NCBI RefSeq assembly: GCF_001194135.2
Contig: NC_068999.1
Coordinates: forward strand, 54,942,246 to 55,006,245
Origin: Octopus bimaculoides
Taxonomy: Eukaryota
DNA length: 64,000 bases
Direction of reading: 5' to 3'
In this document: positions 34,551-48,490 of the stretch, piece by piece
Numbering within the stretch: position 1 is the stretch's first letter
Layout of the letters: the number at the start of each line of letters is the position of its first letter
Position numbers and translations under genes: made by a program
The notes under the pieces: generated by a model
Databases searched by the model: none
Seen by the model: the letters and a program-made list of their open reading frames with translations, nothing else
Told to the model about the DNA's origin: nothing

Positions 34551-36474
34551 GCTCCATATTATTCGAAGCGCCTTGCTTTTCAGATAGATTTGAATGCTAT
34601 ATCCAGCAAGCTGAACGACCCTATGCCACTCGTCTTGATTTTAATAAAATGAAATGGTTAATCATGCTTTCACTTAGAGAGGGCCAGGTTCCTTTAGTCT
34701 GACTTCCTGTTATTTTTAGACGTATTTCATTAACCAACATAAAAATTAAACAAAGGAGCTGTGACCTGCTAGAAATAGCAGCCAAATCTTCAAATTGCCT
34801 CCTACCATCTTTAAAAGGAAGGTTAGATTGGACAATATATTTCTAGATATTCTTGAAACGACAGGAGGGTCACAGCTGGAATGCCTCTGATTATCATAGG
34901 CCTGCTGGATCAGAGTTGACTTGGGGCTGAACAACAACAATGATGAAATGTAAGCTGATGATAGCAAGGATTTCAACTGGAAATTCTTGAGACATTAAGC
35001 TAAATATTGGACCCATTTATCCTCACTGCAATGGCTATGTTTTAAGGACATCACTGGCAATAGCACTTTCAAGTTATCAGTTTACAATCTGGAGCATTAA
35101 GCAAGAGGCATGTGCTGTGGCCTATCATACCTCTTTTGCTTATCAAATTATCTCATAACTTAACTCAAGACTTTAGCAACACACATTAAGCTGTTTGTCA
35201 AACTGTGACAGCAAATACTTTTTACTGAACCTAACCCTAGCCCACTGACTCCCCCAACACATCAGTCTATCGTTCATGCTCATTGTCAGGTTACTAATCT
35301 TGTATGAATAAGAACCCAGTACACTCTGTGGAGTGGTTGGCATTCGGAAGGGCATCCAGCCATAGAAACCATGCCAGAACACAGACAATGGAGCCAGGTG
35401 CAGCCCCTGGTCTTACCAGATCCAGTCAAACTGTCCAACCTATGCCAGCATGGAAAACTAATATGTTATTGGTTACTGACTGATGACAAAGTAGGATTTC
35501 AAGAGATACAATTTCGGTACAATTACCATATTCCTAATGAAATACATTGTTGTTTCAATTAATTTTTAAAAGAATGAAGAATTTAGTAAAATAACTTGGT
35601 CATTATTAAGCCGATGTTAGGAACAGAATGTAACATAAGATACATGAAAGGTTTTAGTTTAGAACACATTAAAACAAGAATTAGGAGCAGTCTCAAGCAG
35701 GTTGGTATCAAAATGGAACACTATTTGCATCACAATTTAGAAACAAGTTGACAAATTATGGTGATTTTACTTGAAGCTTTTTATGTTTACTGTTGTAGAT
35801 TTTATCAATTGTGGACAGATAAAAATGCAAAGCTGATTCCAACAAAATTTACACCAGAACAATATGACAAGAAAACAGAGTGAGTTTGCTTTGCTTTTGT
35901 GCTCATCATCATCGTTTTACATCTATTTATATTTCCCCATGCTGGTCTGAGTTGAATCAGATTTATTTAGATAATCATATTCTATGGTTTATGGTCAGAC
36001 GGCATTTCAGTTGTCAAGCCTTACCTGTTTTCAAGTAAAGTACTTGTAGTTCACTGGCCTTCATACACTGAAACCACCAAGCTATAAGACATCAGGTTTA
36101 CAGGAGATGCAAACCTGGCATCACTGCAACCCAAATGGTATTCAGTGAAGACATGTAGAAATGAAAATTTCTCCATGTACAAACACGAAGGTCCTTCATA
36201 CAGTTTCTGCCAACCATTTTCAGTCATGATGCATTGGTTGTCCAAGGGTTATAGTACAGGACACTTGCCCCAAAGTGCCATGCAGTGAGATGGAACCCAA
36301 AACCATTATCATAGAGTTAGATACTTTTCACAAAATGATAATACTAACATAAATTTGTTGGTGAAGAGTTTGTCAATCTCAGTACATGACTGGTGCTTAT
36401 TGTTCCAGGAGAGGATTTAAATTCAGGATATAAGGATATAAAAGTACACAGACTACCTTTAAACTACTTAAGTA

Positions 36475-36832
36475 CAGGCATGGCTTTGTGGTAAGAAGCT
36501 TGTTTCCTAACCACACGCTTCTGGGTTTAGTGCCACTGCATAGTACCTTGGGCAAATGTCTTCTACTATAGCCTTGGGCTGACCAAAGACTTGTGAGTGG
36601 ATTTGGTAGACAGAAACTGAAAGAAGCCTGTCATATGTGTGTGTTTCTTTGTGTCTGTTCCACCACCATTGACAACTGATGTTTACATCCCTGTGACAGT
36701 GGTTCAGCAATATAGACCAATAGAAGCACAGGTCTTCAAAAAATGTAAGTCCTGGGGTTGATTTGTTCGACTAAAAACCCTTCAAGGTGGTGTCCCAGCA
36801 TGGCCACAGTCTAATCATTGAAACAAGTAAAA
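36475..36832 (+). repeat. tRNA-derived SINE family A (possibly octopus OK/OR-type)
   Basis: A-box-like tggctttgtggtaagaagc, B-box-like gggtttagtgcc, conserved gtgagtggatttggtagacagaaactgaaagaagcc, internal (TG)n and fixed tail; other copies at 22715-23040, 39412-39740, 47275-47530, 53512-53870, 55440-55580 plus 56722-56910. Confidence 0.82.
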
Positions 36833-37031
36833 AAAACTTAATATAATAATAATTTCTAACATAGACACAGCATCCCACATTTGGGAGAAGGGGATAATCT
36901 ATATTATAGACTCCAATCCTTAACTGGTACTTTATCAACCTCAGTGAGGTTTGAATTCAGAACAAAGAACTCTTGTCAGCCATCTTAAATGATTCTATTA
37001 GAATAATGTTTAAGTTGAATAAGTTACCTAC

Positions 37032-37150
37032 CCTTTAATCAGCTCAAATAGAATTTCTGGACGTGTACAAATATATTCAACTGTTGGTGATCTTGAACCA
37101 ATCTGTCTCCGCAGGAGGTTGTTAAATATGGCAACAACATCTTTCCGACC
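37032..37150 (-). CDS. CAB39: CAB39/MO25 exon
   Basis: cag|[40 protein letters not shown]|gtaggt; ends phase 2. Confidence 0.97.
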
Positions 37151-40125
37151 CTGTCAATATAATCACAAGATAAAGCAAAGAATTACGTGATGACAAAGAA
37201 AATGAAAGAGAAGAAAGTTTCTCATTTGCTGCTAGTTTATTGTTGCTTTATTACTGTTAATATTTTATGTATCTACATTCTTACTGACACACAAAAGCCT
37301 AGCTTACATCACCACCAAAGTCATTTGGTTGCCTTTAGTAGAGTCCACTCATACAAACATTCAGGCCATATTTTTGGCCTAAAGATAACTTTCTCTCTTC
37401 CTCTCACCAATCACAGAGACCCTCCCTCCCAACCCTTCTCTTTTTTGTGTGTATATGTGTGCATCTCAGACCCTCATTTCATTCCTAGATGAAAATGGGG
37501 CACTGTTGCAACATATGGTGTATCTGAGACATTCTTTTTAGACTTGACAAAGTTTATCCCTCTCTGGTCGTGATCATAGCTGATTTCATAGAGACAAAGA
37601 AGAAATAACCCAAGTACAGCACTGGTACTTTATTGACTCTAAAAGCATGTAAGCCATGTTAACCTCAATGATATTTAAATTCAGACTGCTGAGAAATCAC
37701 AACTCCAATGCCAGAATGACACTACCTATATCTGTGAACATAACTGTGTGGTTAAGAAGTTTGCTCTCCAGCCACATGGTTTTAAATTCAGTACTACTTG
37801 AACAGAACTGACTGAAGCCTTGTGAGTGGATCTGGCAGTTGAAAACTGATAGAAACACATAGTATGTATATAATTATAAATGTATGTGTCTGTATTTGTT
37901 TACATTTGGGCCTCTCTGAAAATCTCTGAAGCATTGTTGTCATGTCCCCTGTCAATAAACCATCTGCAGGCTTTATGTGTTCAAAGAAATGTGAAATAAA
38001 AGATCTCTTACTTGAAAACAGGTAAAGATTAGCAACAATAAGAACATCTGACCGTCAAACAACACCTTAATAAATATATTTGTCTAACCCATGCTCACAA
38101 GGTAAAAATGGATGTTAAAAAAAACAATTGACATTATATATATATATATTACAGGAAGGACATCAAGCCAAGGCAGACAGTAGAGCTTGGTGCAGTCTTC
38201 CAATTTTCCAGTACCTGCAAAACCATCCAACCCATGCCATTCATCATCATCATCGTTTAACGTCCGCTTTCCATGCTAGCATAGGTTGGACGATTTGACT
38301 GAGGACTGGTGAAACCGGATGGCAACACCAGGCTCCAGTCTAATTTGGCAGAGTTTCTACAGCTGGATGCCCTTCCTAATGCCAACCACTCAGAGAGTGT
38401 AGTGGGTGCTTTTACATGTCACCCGCACGAAGGCCAGTCAGGCGGCACTGGCAACATGGGAAGTAAATGTTAAAAGATGATAATATAGGCAAACACATGC
38501 TTTCAGGTTTGGTTCCAGTGTGTGACACCTTAGACAAGTGTCTTCTGCTATGGCTCTGGGCCAACCAAAGCCTTATGAGAGATTTGATTGACAGAAACAA
38601 AGCCTGTCAGGTATATACACATGCATACATATATAACATATTTTGCAGAGTCTAGAGAGAGTCATTATGCCTATATTAATAACACATCTACCAGTTCAAT
38701 TTTACTCCTTTATTATTAGTCAATCATACTTTTCTTTTTTGTTCATCAAAGTTCTTTCATTGCCATTTGCAACCTTTTAAGTGACTATCTCTCATAAATG
38801 TGTGTGTGTGTGTGTGTGTGTGTGTGAGTGTATGCATGCATGTGTATGTTGCTGTTGCCTTGACATTGTATGATAATTATGAACAAATGTCAACATCATG
38901 CAAGTGTTGACCTCCATTTCCAATCTTCCATGAAAATATGTCTGGCCATGAGGAAATATTACCTTGCTTGGAAACAGGTGAGGCTTGGTGACAGGAAAGG
39001 CAACTGACTTTTGAAAATCTGCCTCAATAAAATTCCACCCTAACCCATGAGAGAATAGAAAATGGATGTTAAACCGATGATGCATGTACAGTAGTGTAGT
39101 TAACAAGTTCACTTTGCAACCACGTGATTTCCACACTATATAGAACTTACAATCTTTTATCATAAGCTTGCAGACATTTGTTTTTTTTTCAGTCGATGGC
39201 CTCCCTACCCAACTAACTACTTAGTTGTGAAATAAGATTAAAGTTGGTGCCAGCTCAGCAAACAGAATGGTGTATATGAGTGAGTGAGAGAGAGTTGAAA
39301 TCTGGAACTTTTATCAAGAAAACCTATCCTTTCACATCTGTTGACCATCAATGTAACCCAATACTTGATATTCAAACATATCTATTGAACAATTTTTGTC
39401 ATCATATAGGCACAAGCATGGCTGCACAGTAAGAAGTTAGCTTCCCAATCACAAGGTTCCTGGTTCAGTCCCACTACATGGTACCATTAACTATAGCTTT
39501 GGGCTGACCAAAGCCTTATGAGTGGATTTGGTAGACGGAGACTGAAAGAAGCTTGTATATATGTCTGTGTGTGTGTGTCCCACCACAACTGGTGATGGTT
39601 TGTTTATATCCTTGTAACTTAGCAGTTCAGCAGAAGAGTCCAACAGAATAAGTACCAAGCTTAAAAATATGTACCGGGGTTGATTCAGTCAACTAAAAAT
39701 TCTTCAAGGCAGTGCCTCAGCATGGCTGCAAAAGCAGTGTCATAAATAACACTGTACTGTCTCAGATGGCAAATACAGAAGATGCTATACATACATATCC
39801 ACAGATTACATGGATGTTACACAGAGCCAGAGAATATAAAGTGTTGTTACTGTTTCGGCTCTATGTCAGCCCTGATTCAGCAATTTTGGTTTATCCAATG
39901 TATCCTAATTTCTGAGATTGCTTTACCTGCTATTTTTAGCAGGTCAAAGCTCATATTGTATATCATCGTTGTTGTACAAGCTGTGCACGCAGGCATAGCA
40001 GCAGTAAGAAAAAGCTAGTTCTTGTTTTTAGGGGTTGAAATTGAGAACACAGATAAATGAACGGACAGGCATAACACTGTTGTTTTATGGAACAAGTCAA
40101 AATTGATAGGTTCGAGAAGACTTAC

Positions 40126-40290
40126 CTCAAAATCGATTTTGTTGAGGTTCTTTATCAGAACTTGAAACATGTTGCCATTGTACATCTCTTGAGCCAGCTG
40201 AGCCACCACTTCAGTGTGGGGCTCCTGGTCTCCACTCCCATAAAGCATGTTGCGAATAATATTCAAGTTTTTCGATACTTCCTCAGAAGC
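40126..40290 (-). CDS. CAB39: CAB39/MO25 exon
   Basis: cag|ASEEVSKNLNIIRNMLYGSGDQEPHTEVVAQLAQEMYNGNMFQVLIKNLNKIDFE|gtaagt. Confidence 0.97.
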
Positions 40291-40619
40291 CTGTAAAGTT
40301 ATAGAAATCAACACAAAATAAAAATGACCAAGTCTTAGCTTTTGTGAAATTTGTTATATGAACATCTTTGTCTTAAGAATAATAATTCAACAATTAAAGT
40401 AAATTCTTTTTGAATATTTTCCTCTTAATGAAGCCAATGTTGATAAATAGTTAAGTTACATTACGAACTGTAGGAGAATAAATTAAGAAATACTATATAG
40501 TTTGAAATCTTTTCATTTGGGTCTAAAAAAGAAACTGCAAAGTTAACCTGCTTTGTCTGCTATGGAACATAGAGAGAGAGAGCTGAAATAGAATTTGAAA
40601 ACTGATACACAATTCTTAA

Positions 40620-41195
40620 CCTTTTAGTATTTAAACTGACCATATCTGGCCCAAATATTCTGTTTTATGTTCAAACTGACCAGATCCAATCTCTCAGACC
40701 TACCCTTTGATGTCATTCTAAAAATAAACAATCACATCATTGAAATCTCAAAGCTATGAGATAATGTACAATTAATTGCAAATAATTGTACATGATAAAT
40801 AGTATAAATACTCGATGACTGGTCACCGCGCCAGTGGAGCACTAACAACACTGTCGAGCGTGTTCATTGCCAGAGCAGCTGTCTGACTTCCGTGCTAGTG
40901 GCTCATAAGTAGCACCATTAGAGCGTGGCCGTTGCCAGTACCATGTGACTGGCCCTCGTGCCGGTGGAACGTAAAAGCACCCACTACACTCTCGGAGTGG
41001 TTGGCGTTAGGAAGGGCATCCAGCTGTAGAAACTTTGCCAGATCAGATTGGAGCCTGGTGCAGCCTTCTGGCTTGCTAGTCCTCAGTCAAATCATCCAAC
41101 CCATGCCAGCATGGAAAGTGGACGTTAAACGATGATGATAATGAATGTGAATAAATAAACATTACATTTGACAGAGTAATCTGAATGCTAATGGG
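40620..41195 (-). mobile_element. piggyBac-type MITE, family 1, interrupted by a SINE
   Basis: TTAA on both flanks; the two MITE halves are separated by a GAT-tailed SINE at ~40810-41135. Confidence 0.8.
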
Positions 41196-42089
41196 TTAAA
41201 TATAGTTATAAAACTCAGTTTTCACAGCTTGTAGTCAGCAATATAAGAAAACTTTAATTAGTTTTAAACATCTTTAGTGTAGTGCTGCAATATGCCCAGT
41301 CAGAATTGGACTTCAACATTTATGCAATTGTGCTCTAACACATCCACAATTATAGTTGGATTTCATTAAGTATGGAGTAGTGTTCTATCCACAGTTTTAA
41401 TTAACTTTAAATGTCTATGGTGTAGTATTCAATATATCCAAAGTAAGACTCATTCAAACCAACGAGAGAAATATATCGCTTGCTTAAATTTCATCTATCT
41501 GAAAAAATGCTTAATACTCTTTTTGAGACAGTACAAATGTAAGAAGAGGGAAGTATTTAGTTGACTAAATCAATTTTATTGATACTGGAGATATATTAAA
41601 GCAGGTAACTTTGTTGAATTCTAAATAAATGCAACTAAAAGCTGAAAAATATTGAGCCTGGTACTCCATGTTTCTTCCAAATCACCAGTCAAGGGGTTGG
41701 TGACATTAAATAACCAGAAACAACTAAGAGTTGAAGATCCACAGGAAATAACCACAAAAATATGAGTTCATGGCAGAAATGAACCGAATTCTCTTATGTA
41801 GAATTTCAAGTTGTTTTAGCTGTGCACTTGGTTGGGCAAATTTATGAAAAGACAATGTACAAGTTCTGTCAGTTAAAACTAGAAGATATTAGAAGAGTCA
41901 TTTAAATACTGACTATTAATTAGAAGTGACTTCTTCCTAAAGGGGTTTTCTTTTAACTTTAAAGTAAAGCTGGAGATCAAACAAACAGTAAATAATTGTT
42001 ATCCTTGAATTAATTTATCCATACAATGAATAGAATTTCATTTGTTTTTTTTACTAAAGAAAAATTAACATTTCAAAAACAATACTTAC

Positions 42090-42203
42090 CTTATCCGACT
42101 TCTTGTCACCCCTTCCGGGCTCTTTTGATAATGATAGCATAGCATCTCGCAGACTTTTAATTAATTCCTGTGGACTTTTGGGAGATTTTCCAAACAGTGG
42201 CAT
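42090..42203 (-). CDS. CAB39: Calcium-binding protein 39 / MO25, first coding exon (whole exon 42090-42235 incl. 32 nt 5'UTR)
   Basis: MPLFGKSPKSPQELIKSLRDAMLSLSKEPGRGDKKSDK|gtaagt; in-frame TAG two codons before ATG; acceptor tttcag at 42236-42241. Confidence 0.96.
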
Positions 42204-42619
42204 TATCTACCAAGAGGACTGGTGAAAATCTTATACTGAAATAAATATAAAAATATCAGGATGAGCTACAGCAGAGGAAATTATTAAAAAAAAAACTAAT
42301 TTCAAGTTTTGATTTCAAGAGTTTCACTAGAGACAGGGTTATTTTGAGTGGCTTCCTATGTGAAGCAGGTTAAGTGACAAGAACACCTGAGTGGTACATA
42401 GATAATTTTACTAAAGAATTAGTCATGTAGCCTGGTACAGTTATAACTTTTTCAGTCACTTTGATGAAACAAGGAATATGCGATAAATCTGTCTGTGAAT
42501 CAGTGAACATGATCAGTTGAAAAATGTGTAAAATGTTTCATAGCATGACAAGGTTTCTGGAAAGAGTTAGCTAATTCGAGAATCACAAACTAATAACATA
42601 AGATGTACAAATTCATGGA

Positions 42620-42830
42620 ACCATAGCTAATGAGGAACACTTCAACTGCTAAAAATTGCACCTTACTACATTGGGAGGGACATATTGGACGATATAATGC
42701 AATCGTAAATACCCCTATAAAAGATAGGAAGGTTGGACCAGGCTGGAATGCATTTGGTCTTAGGTCTGCACATCTAGGGTTGATGTGGGACTACACAAGA
42801 AGATTTCTGTTCAATGTCATAGACAAAACA
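42620..42830 (+). mobile_element. Possible degenerate RTE LINE fragment
   Basis: LLHWEGHIGR resembles the RLRWFGHV motif; the rest is weak. Confidence 0.35.
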
Positions 42831-45800
42831 GCCAACATCAAGATGAACCACTGAAAAGAACAGAATAGCTAGGCAAGTCTGTTGATTCCAGTTACACAGA
42901 GAGAAACCTCAACATCAGATGACAACAGCCAAGGCTGCCATGCCAACAGCACCATCTTTCTCTTCTCTCCATTGAAAGACATGAGCTTGAGATATTAGGC
43001 TTTCCAATCACCATGGCAATCTTACTGAGATTCTGCAAGCTCACCTTTTCATTAATTACTGCCAACACAAAACCTCACCCATTACTGCCAATTCTAGACT
43101 CCATCTTATAAAACTTAACTAATTTTGACATAAAGCAATATTATGACCACTGATCAGCATACAATAATCTACAGTACACCAGTACAAGAGTGGGTCAGTA
43201 TGTACTGGGAGTTAAATACTCTATAGTACAGTAGAGTAACAGATTTCATATTGATGTACTACAGCTGATATAACAGGCATTATCATGTACTACAGTTGTT
43301 ACAACCAAACATGTAATGTAAAATATACCTCTAAAAGACCAGACGGTCTTGGCTAGACTGCCTTTAGTTCTAGATCTGCTTGATCTGGGTTGTTCTGAGG
43401 TAAAGCAACAACTAATGAAAGCAATCACACTAAATGTAGGCAGTCTTATTATTATTAGCAGGAAACAAGAATGGTTATTTCTATATGTTTGCTTTATTTA
43501 TGTTCCAGATTCCAGGATATTTTCTGATGAGGGAAAAAACTTAAATCTGCTATTGATTGTTCACAATTGGTGCCATTCTAATATTGGCAATGATACAGTT
43601 TCCAGACTAAACCACCCAACATACTAATTCACTCCTTAGTCAATACAACAGCTAATTTTTCACTCAACTTGTTTTCTCATTTGGTATTTAGTCTGAGGAA
43701 AAGAGAAACTGTGTCAGCTGTATACTACTTGGTTGTAAGGAAACATGTCAAAAGAGAAGAGAGTTCCAGCTCTGGAGACTAAGGATCAAGTGAGATATTT
43801 ACTTAGTTATGGTAACATTGTGACAAAATAGAGTTATAACAAGAGATGGCACATTGAGTAGAGTTGAGCAGGAGATGTACAATAGTTAACTCAAAGGAAC
43901 AGAAACTGTCATAATAGCAAAAGAAGAGACAACGGGAGGATGCAATACACTAATGATCCAGTGTTTGTGCCATTTTGGTGAATAAAGCTTTATCTATCTG
44001 TTGGATGGTTTCCTAAGTGCTCACTCCAACATCACTTAGATGATATACAAAAGTAGGCAAGACTGTAGGCTTGAGAAGTGCTTGATGAGAATGGTTGAGA
44101 ATTGATTAATTATGCATACAAACCAATGTATAGTGAGGAAATAGTTCCTCTAGCCAACTGAAATGATCAAAATCTCGAATAAAGTTATGTAATACAATCT
44201 GCATTTTTTTTGTTGTCTGATTGCTAATTATACTCTGCAACCAACGTATCAGCGTACTGATTGGTAAATGTTCTCCGATTTACAGTTTGCAAGTTTTGCC
44301 TGGTGGATTCAACCAAATTTCTATATTACTCATTTGCCAGGTTTTTCCCCACATGCAGTGCTGATCATAGTATTAGCCTGGATTTCTTCACTCCCTATTT
44401 TCTATCACTATATACACCCACACTCAGATACAAACACAAGCAAACAAGGAAGACTACACACTGACATACTTAAAACACAATACATTAGATAATGCAGTCC
44501 AAGATACATCATGTCTGAATAAAAGCCGATAATCATGAATGGAAAATTATTCATCATAGATCTGCTGAGCAGGAATGATCCGATGCTACTTTGTGACTCC
44601 CACCACTTTGAGATATCATTATCATGTTTAAGGGTCACATGTGCCATATTCCTGGCAAATGACACTCACCAAGGCTCCTAGTTGATGTTGTGACATGTAA
44701 AGTAAAAACAGGGAAATTTGAAGATATGAGTGAAAGGTGTCCATTGTATGACAAGTGAAATAAATACAAATAGAAGAATGTCATTTTTTTTTTTTGCCTT
44801 GTATTCTAAAAAGAATGAAAGTACATGGTTTAATGGTCATGACATTGAACTCACAATCATTAGGTGGTGGGTTCAATTCACAGTCAGGGAGGTTTTGTGT
44901 CCTTGAGTAAGGTATTTCATTTCATATCTCAACTCAACTGAAAATTAGTAGAGGCAGGGGAGTTTAACTCTGTGACAGAGTTGCTTAAACGGTACCTGGA
45001 CAGGATGTTGAATGCACTTTTGTTGAAGGACAGAAAGCAGAACGGATACAATATGAAACAGACAAGACGCCAAAAAGACATGAAAATTAAAATATATGAT
45101 AATCATTTTATTCCTACAATATGACAGACTGAATTGGTCATTAAACTATATAGGTAGGAATGTTTTTTTATTATTATTATTGTGGTTGTTCGGCTTCTTG
45201 TCCCTCAGCAAAAGTGCATTCGGCATCCTGTCCATGCATGGTTTAAACATTTAGTAACGACGAAGTTATTTTAATAAATTCCTTGATATTTTCAAAATTA
45301 ATTTATATAAAGGCAGTGCCATTTCAACAGAAACATGGCAACAAAAGGGTTAAATGATTTTTAAATTTTTAGGTTATGAGCCATCATCACCATCATTTTA
45401 ACACCTACTTTTCCATGCTCGCATGTGTTGGGCAGAGTTTATAGAAACCCTTCTTGTCACCAAACAAGATAACATTTCCCCATGACCTGACATGTTTGTA
45501 AAGCAGATTGGAAATGAATGACACTCATAGACAAGAAACATGCAATGCAAGACAAAGAAACACAAGCACACACATATACATATGACACACTTCTCAAATG
45601 TGAGATGAAGGAGAAAGGATCTTTAGACACTAGGCCTCACTGAGATGACAAGGGAGTGAGACTTATGGTGGTTTGCTGTACTTGAGAAGACTTGTAAAAC
45701 TAAGTAAAATTGCAGCCATCCATACATACAGCGTGTTCTTGTGCCATGTAAAAAGCACCCAGTACACTCTGCAAAGTGGTTGGCATTAAGAAGGGCATCC

Positions 45801-47879
45801 AACCATAGAAACAATGCCAAAACAGACAACTGGAACCTCCAGCTTGTCAGCTCCTGTCAAATTGTGTAACTCAAGACAGTATGGAAAACAGACATTAAAC
45901 AACAATGATGACACTTTTTTTTTTCAGTTTCTGTCATTGAATCCACTCACATCCTTTATCTATTTTTCTTTTTAGACAGCTGTGTGTGATTTGAGGGAGA
46001 TTTGGTTGCTATTTCTTGTAGGTTGAGCAACCATCAATGCCTTCTCATTGATTCAACCTGAGGCTTCCAGAAAGTTAGGTACAGGTGAACTGGTTGCAGT
46101 TAGTTTGCTTTCAGATATATTTATTCAATTTGTTTTGAAAATAGATACAATTTTATCAATTATCAAATCCATAAATTTTTAGATGTACATGTTATATTAA
46201 TTAACTCAGATCATACAGACTTTCATTGAACGCTTTACAAATCAATCATCATTTAATGTCTGTTTTCCATGCAGGTATGGGTTGGGCAGTTTGATAGGAG
46301 CTGGCCAGCCAAAGAGCTGTATAGGTCCCAATTGTCTGTTTTGGCATGGTTTCTATGGTTAGATGCCCTTCATAAAACCAACCACTTTACAGAGCGTACT
46401 GGGTGCTTTTATGTGGCACCAGCACGGGTGTGTTATATGTGGCACCAACATAGGTGCTTCAAACAAGGCACCACCCAGGTGTATCTTATGTGGCACCAGT
46501 ACAAGTGCTTTTTACATGCATACAGAAACATTAATATCATATAACTTCTAGCTATGGATGTCGCCTAAAACTTGATTTCATTAACAATGTAAAATAATAT
46601 ACTTTATTTGGTGCCAGTGTAGTATGTGATCTACATACATGTTTCTGGTATGGCTTGTGATCTACACTGACTTCTTGATCTACATTTAAAATTCATCTAT
46701 TTACTTGATCTCCGGTTGGTTTGGTATATAAACCAAAAAAAAAACTTTTATGATTTAAACACTTTTAGTCCTGAGCCCATTGAAAGAAGTCATAATGATA
46801 GCAAAAGACTACAATGCCGTCACAGTATTCATGTTTCTAGTATGAAATAAAAAGCAATAAAAATTTTTCTTTTTCTCTTTTTTTAAATGTAGATCACAAG
46901 CTAGTCTAGATTTAAGTTGCTGTACATCACATACTACACCGGCACCCTTTATTCTATAATATAACATTATATTATACATACATATATACACACACACATA
47001 CAAGTAAAGCACACAAAAATAAGAGTATGGTAAAGGCATGCCAAATGACATGAGTAATGTTGACATACAAAATACAAATCATTCACAGCTTACAATAGGA
47101 AATTCAATTCTGAAAGTGACAAGTGACAAATTCTCACAACTTTATCACTGCACCTATGTACAGTTTAACCTTGAAAAATATTTTGTGATATTAAAAGTTA
47201 AATAACTAATTTAACCCTTTGTAACAAATAATAATAGCCAGTCTATACAGAAAATTTCAACCTAATTTTACAGGTATGGTTGAGTGGTTACGAAGCTTTC
47301 TTAGCAACCATATGGTTAGGTTTCAGTCGCAATGTGTGTCACCTTAGGCAAGTTTCTTCTTCCATAACCGTCAGTTGACCAATGTCTTGTGAGTGAATTT
47401 TTTTTATATCCCCATAAGTTGACACTTTGGCAAAGCAGGCTTAGAACAAGTACTAGGGTCAATTTGATTGATTAAATCCTTATACATAATGCTCCAGCAT
47501 GGCTGCAGTCCAAAGACTGAAACAAGTAAGGGCAAAGATAGAAGATGAAATGGTTCGCTTTTTTTCAAAAGAGCAGATGCAGGACATAATTAATATGAAA
47601 GATAGAAAACGACAGCATCAAAGCAGCCAATGAGATATTCACTTTTTGAAATTTCATACAGTCTCTGTTCAATCCTGGATTAATCTTCAAATTATTTCAG
47701 AAAATTGAATCAAATTTAATTGTAAAGATTACTTCCCAACCTAATCTTTTAAAAAGGACCTGCAGTAATGATGAAATAATTTAACAACTACAATTATCTT
47801 CAGATGAGTTTGAAATGGTTGAAATAAGGGACAGAGTAATTACCCTCCCCAAGAACTTTGTGATCAAAGTGTGCAAAGA

Positions 47880-48490
47880 ATAATTGTCTGAAGCTGTAAC
47901 AGTAATGTGTTGAGTTAGACCCGATTAAGGAAGCCTATGATCAAAGTTGCTCCAGCCATCACTTTATCTTTTTTCTTCTTCAAAGTATTGCATACCTAAG
48001 ACTACATTACCCAATGTGTGGTGTGGTTTGAAGGAAATGTGGCTGTTATTTTTGCAGGTCGGGTGGTCACATAAAGGCTCCCTCATTAGAACGATAGTGT
48101 AGTAATTTAGGTACACAAGTGAATAGACCTACCCGTGGTTAAATCTCTCCAGCCATATCATCTTTATTCAGACAGTTTATCTAGAACTACATTATCTAAG
48201 GTGTCCTTTTCTTTTTCTTTTATTAAGGCAGTAGGTTGTTATCCAAAGACCTGACTTCTGGCAGCTAGAAAATGTCTCCCACCACCTTTGTTAAAGTCAA
48301 TAGAACCGTTTCCATTGATAACGTTGGGTAATCCAGGTCAATCTAGATCGGCAGACCTATAATCAAATGCACTCCACTAATGATCATCCCGGGGTTTTTT
48401 TTTTTCAGGCGCCGGTAAGATTATATTATCTAATGGACAGTGATTTGAGAGATTTGGTTGCTTTTTCTAATAGGTCGAGCTACCTCTTGG
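47880..48490 (+). repeat. Cluster of a dispersed repeat (gatcaaagg..actacattatccaatg..gagatttggctgctatttctagcagg)
   Basis: Three partial copies here; others at ~1915-2030, 14995-15260, 19310-19470, 32240-32470, 39860-39950, 45970-46050. Confidence 0.65.

Noticed and set aside
43330-44260. Possible decayed LINE coding region
   Set aside because: No recognisable RT or endonuclease motif could be recovered by eye.
44670-44677. 8-nt minus-strand microexon in the CAB39 5'UTR intron (tag|gagccttg|gtgagt)
   Set aside because: Splice motifs alone at this size are common by chance; needs junction reads.
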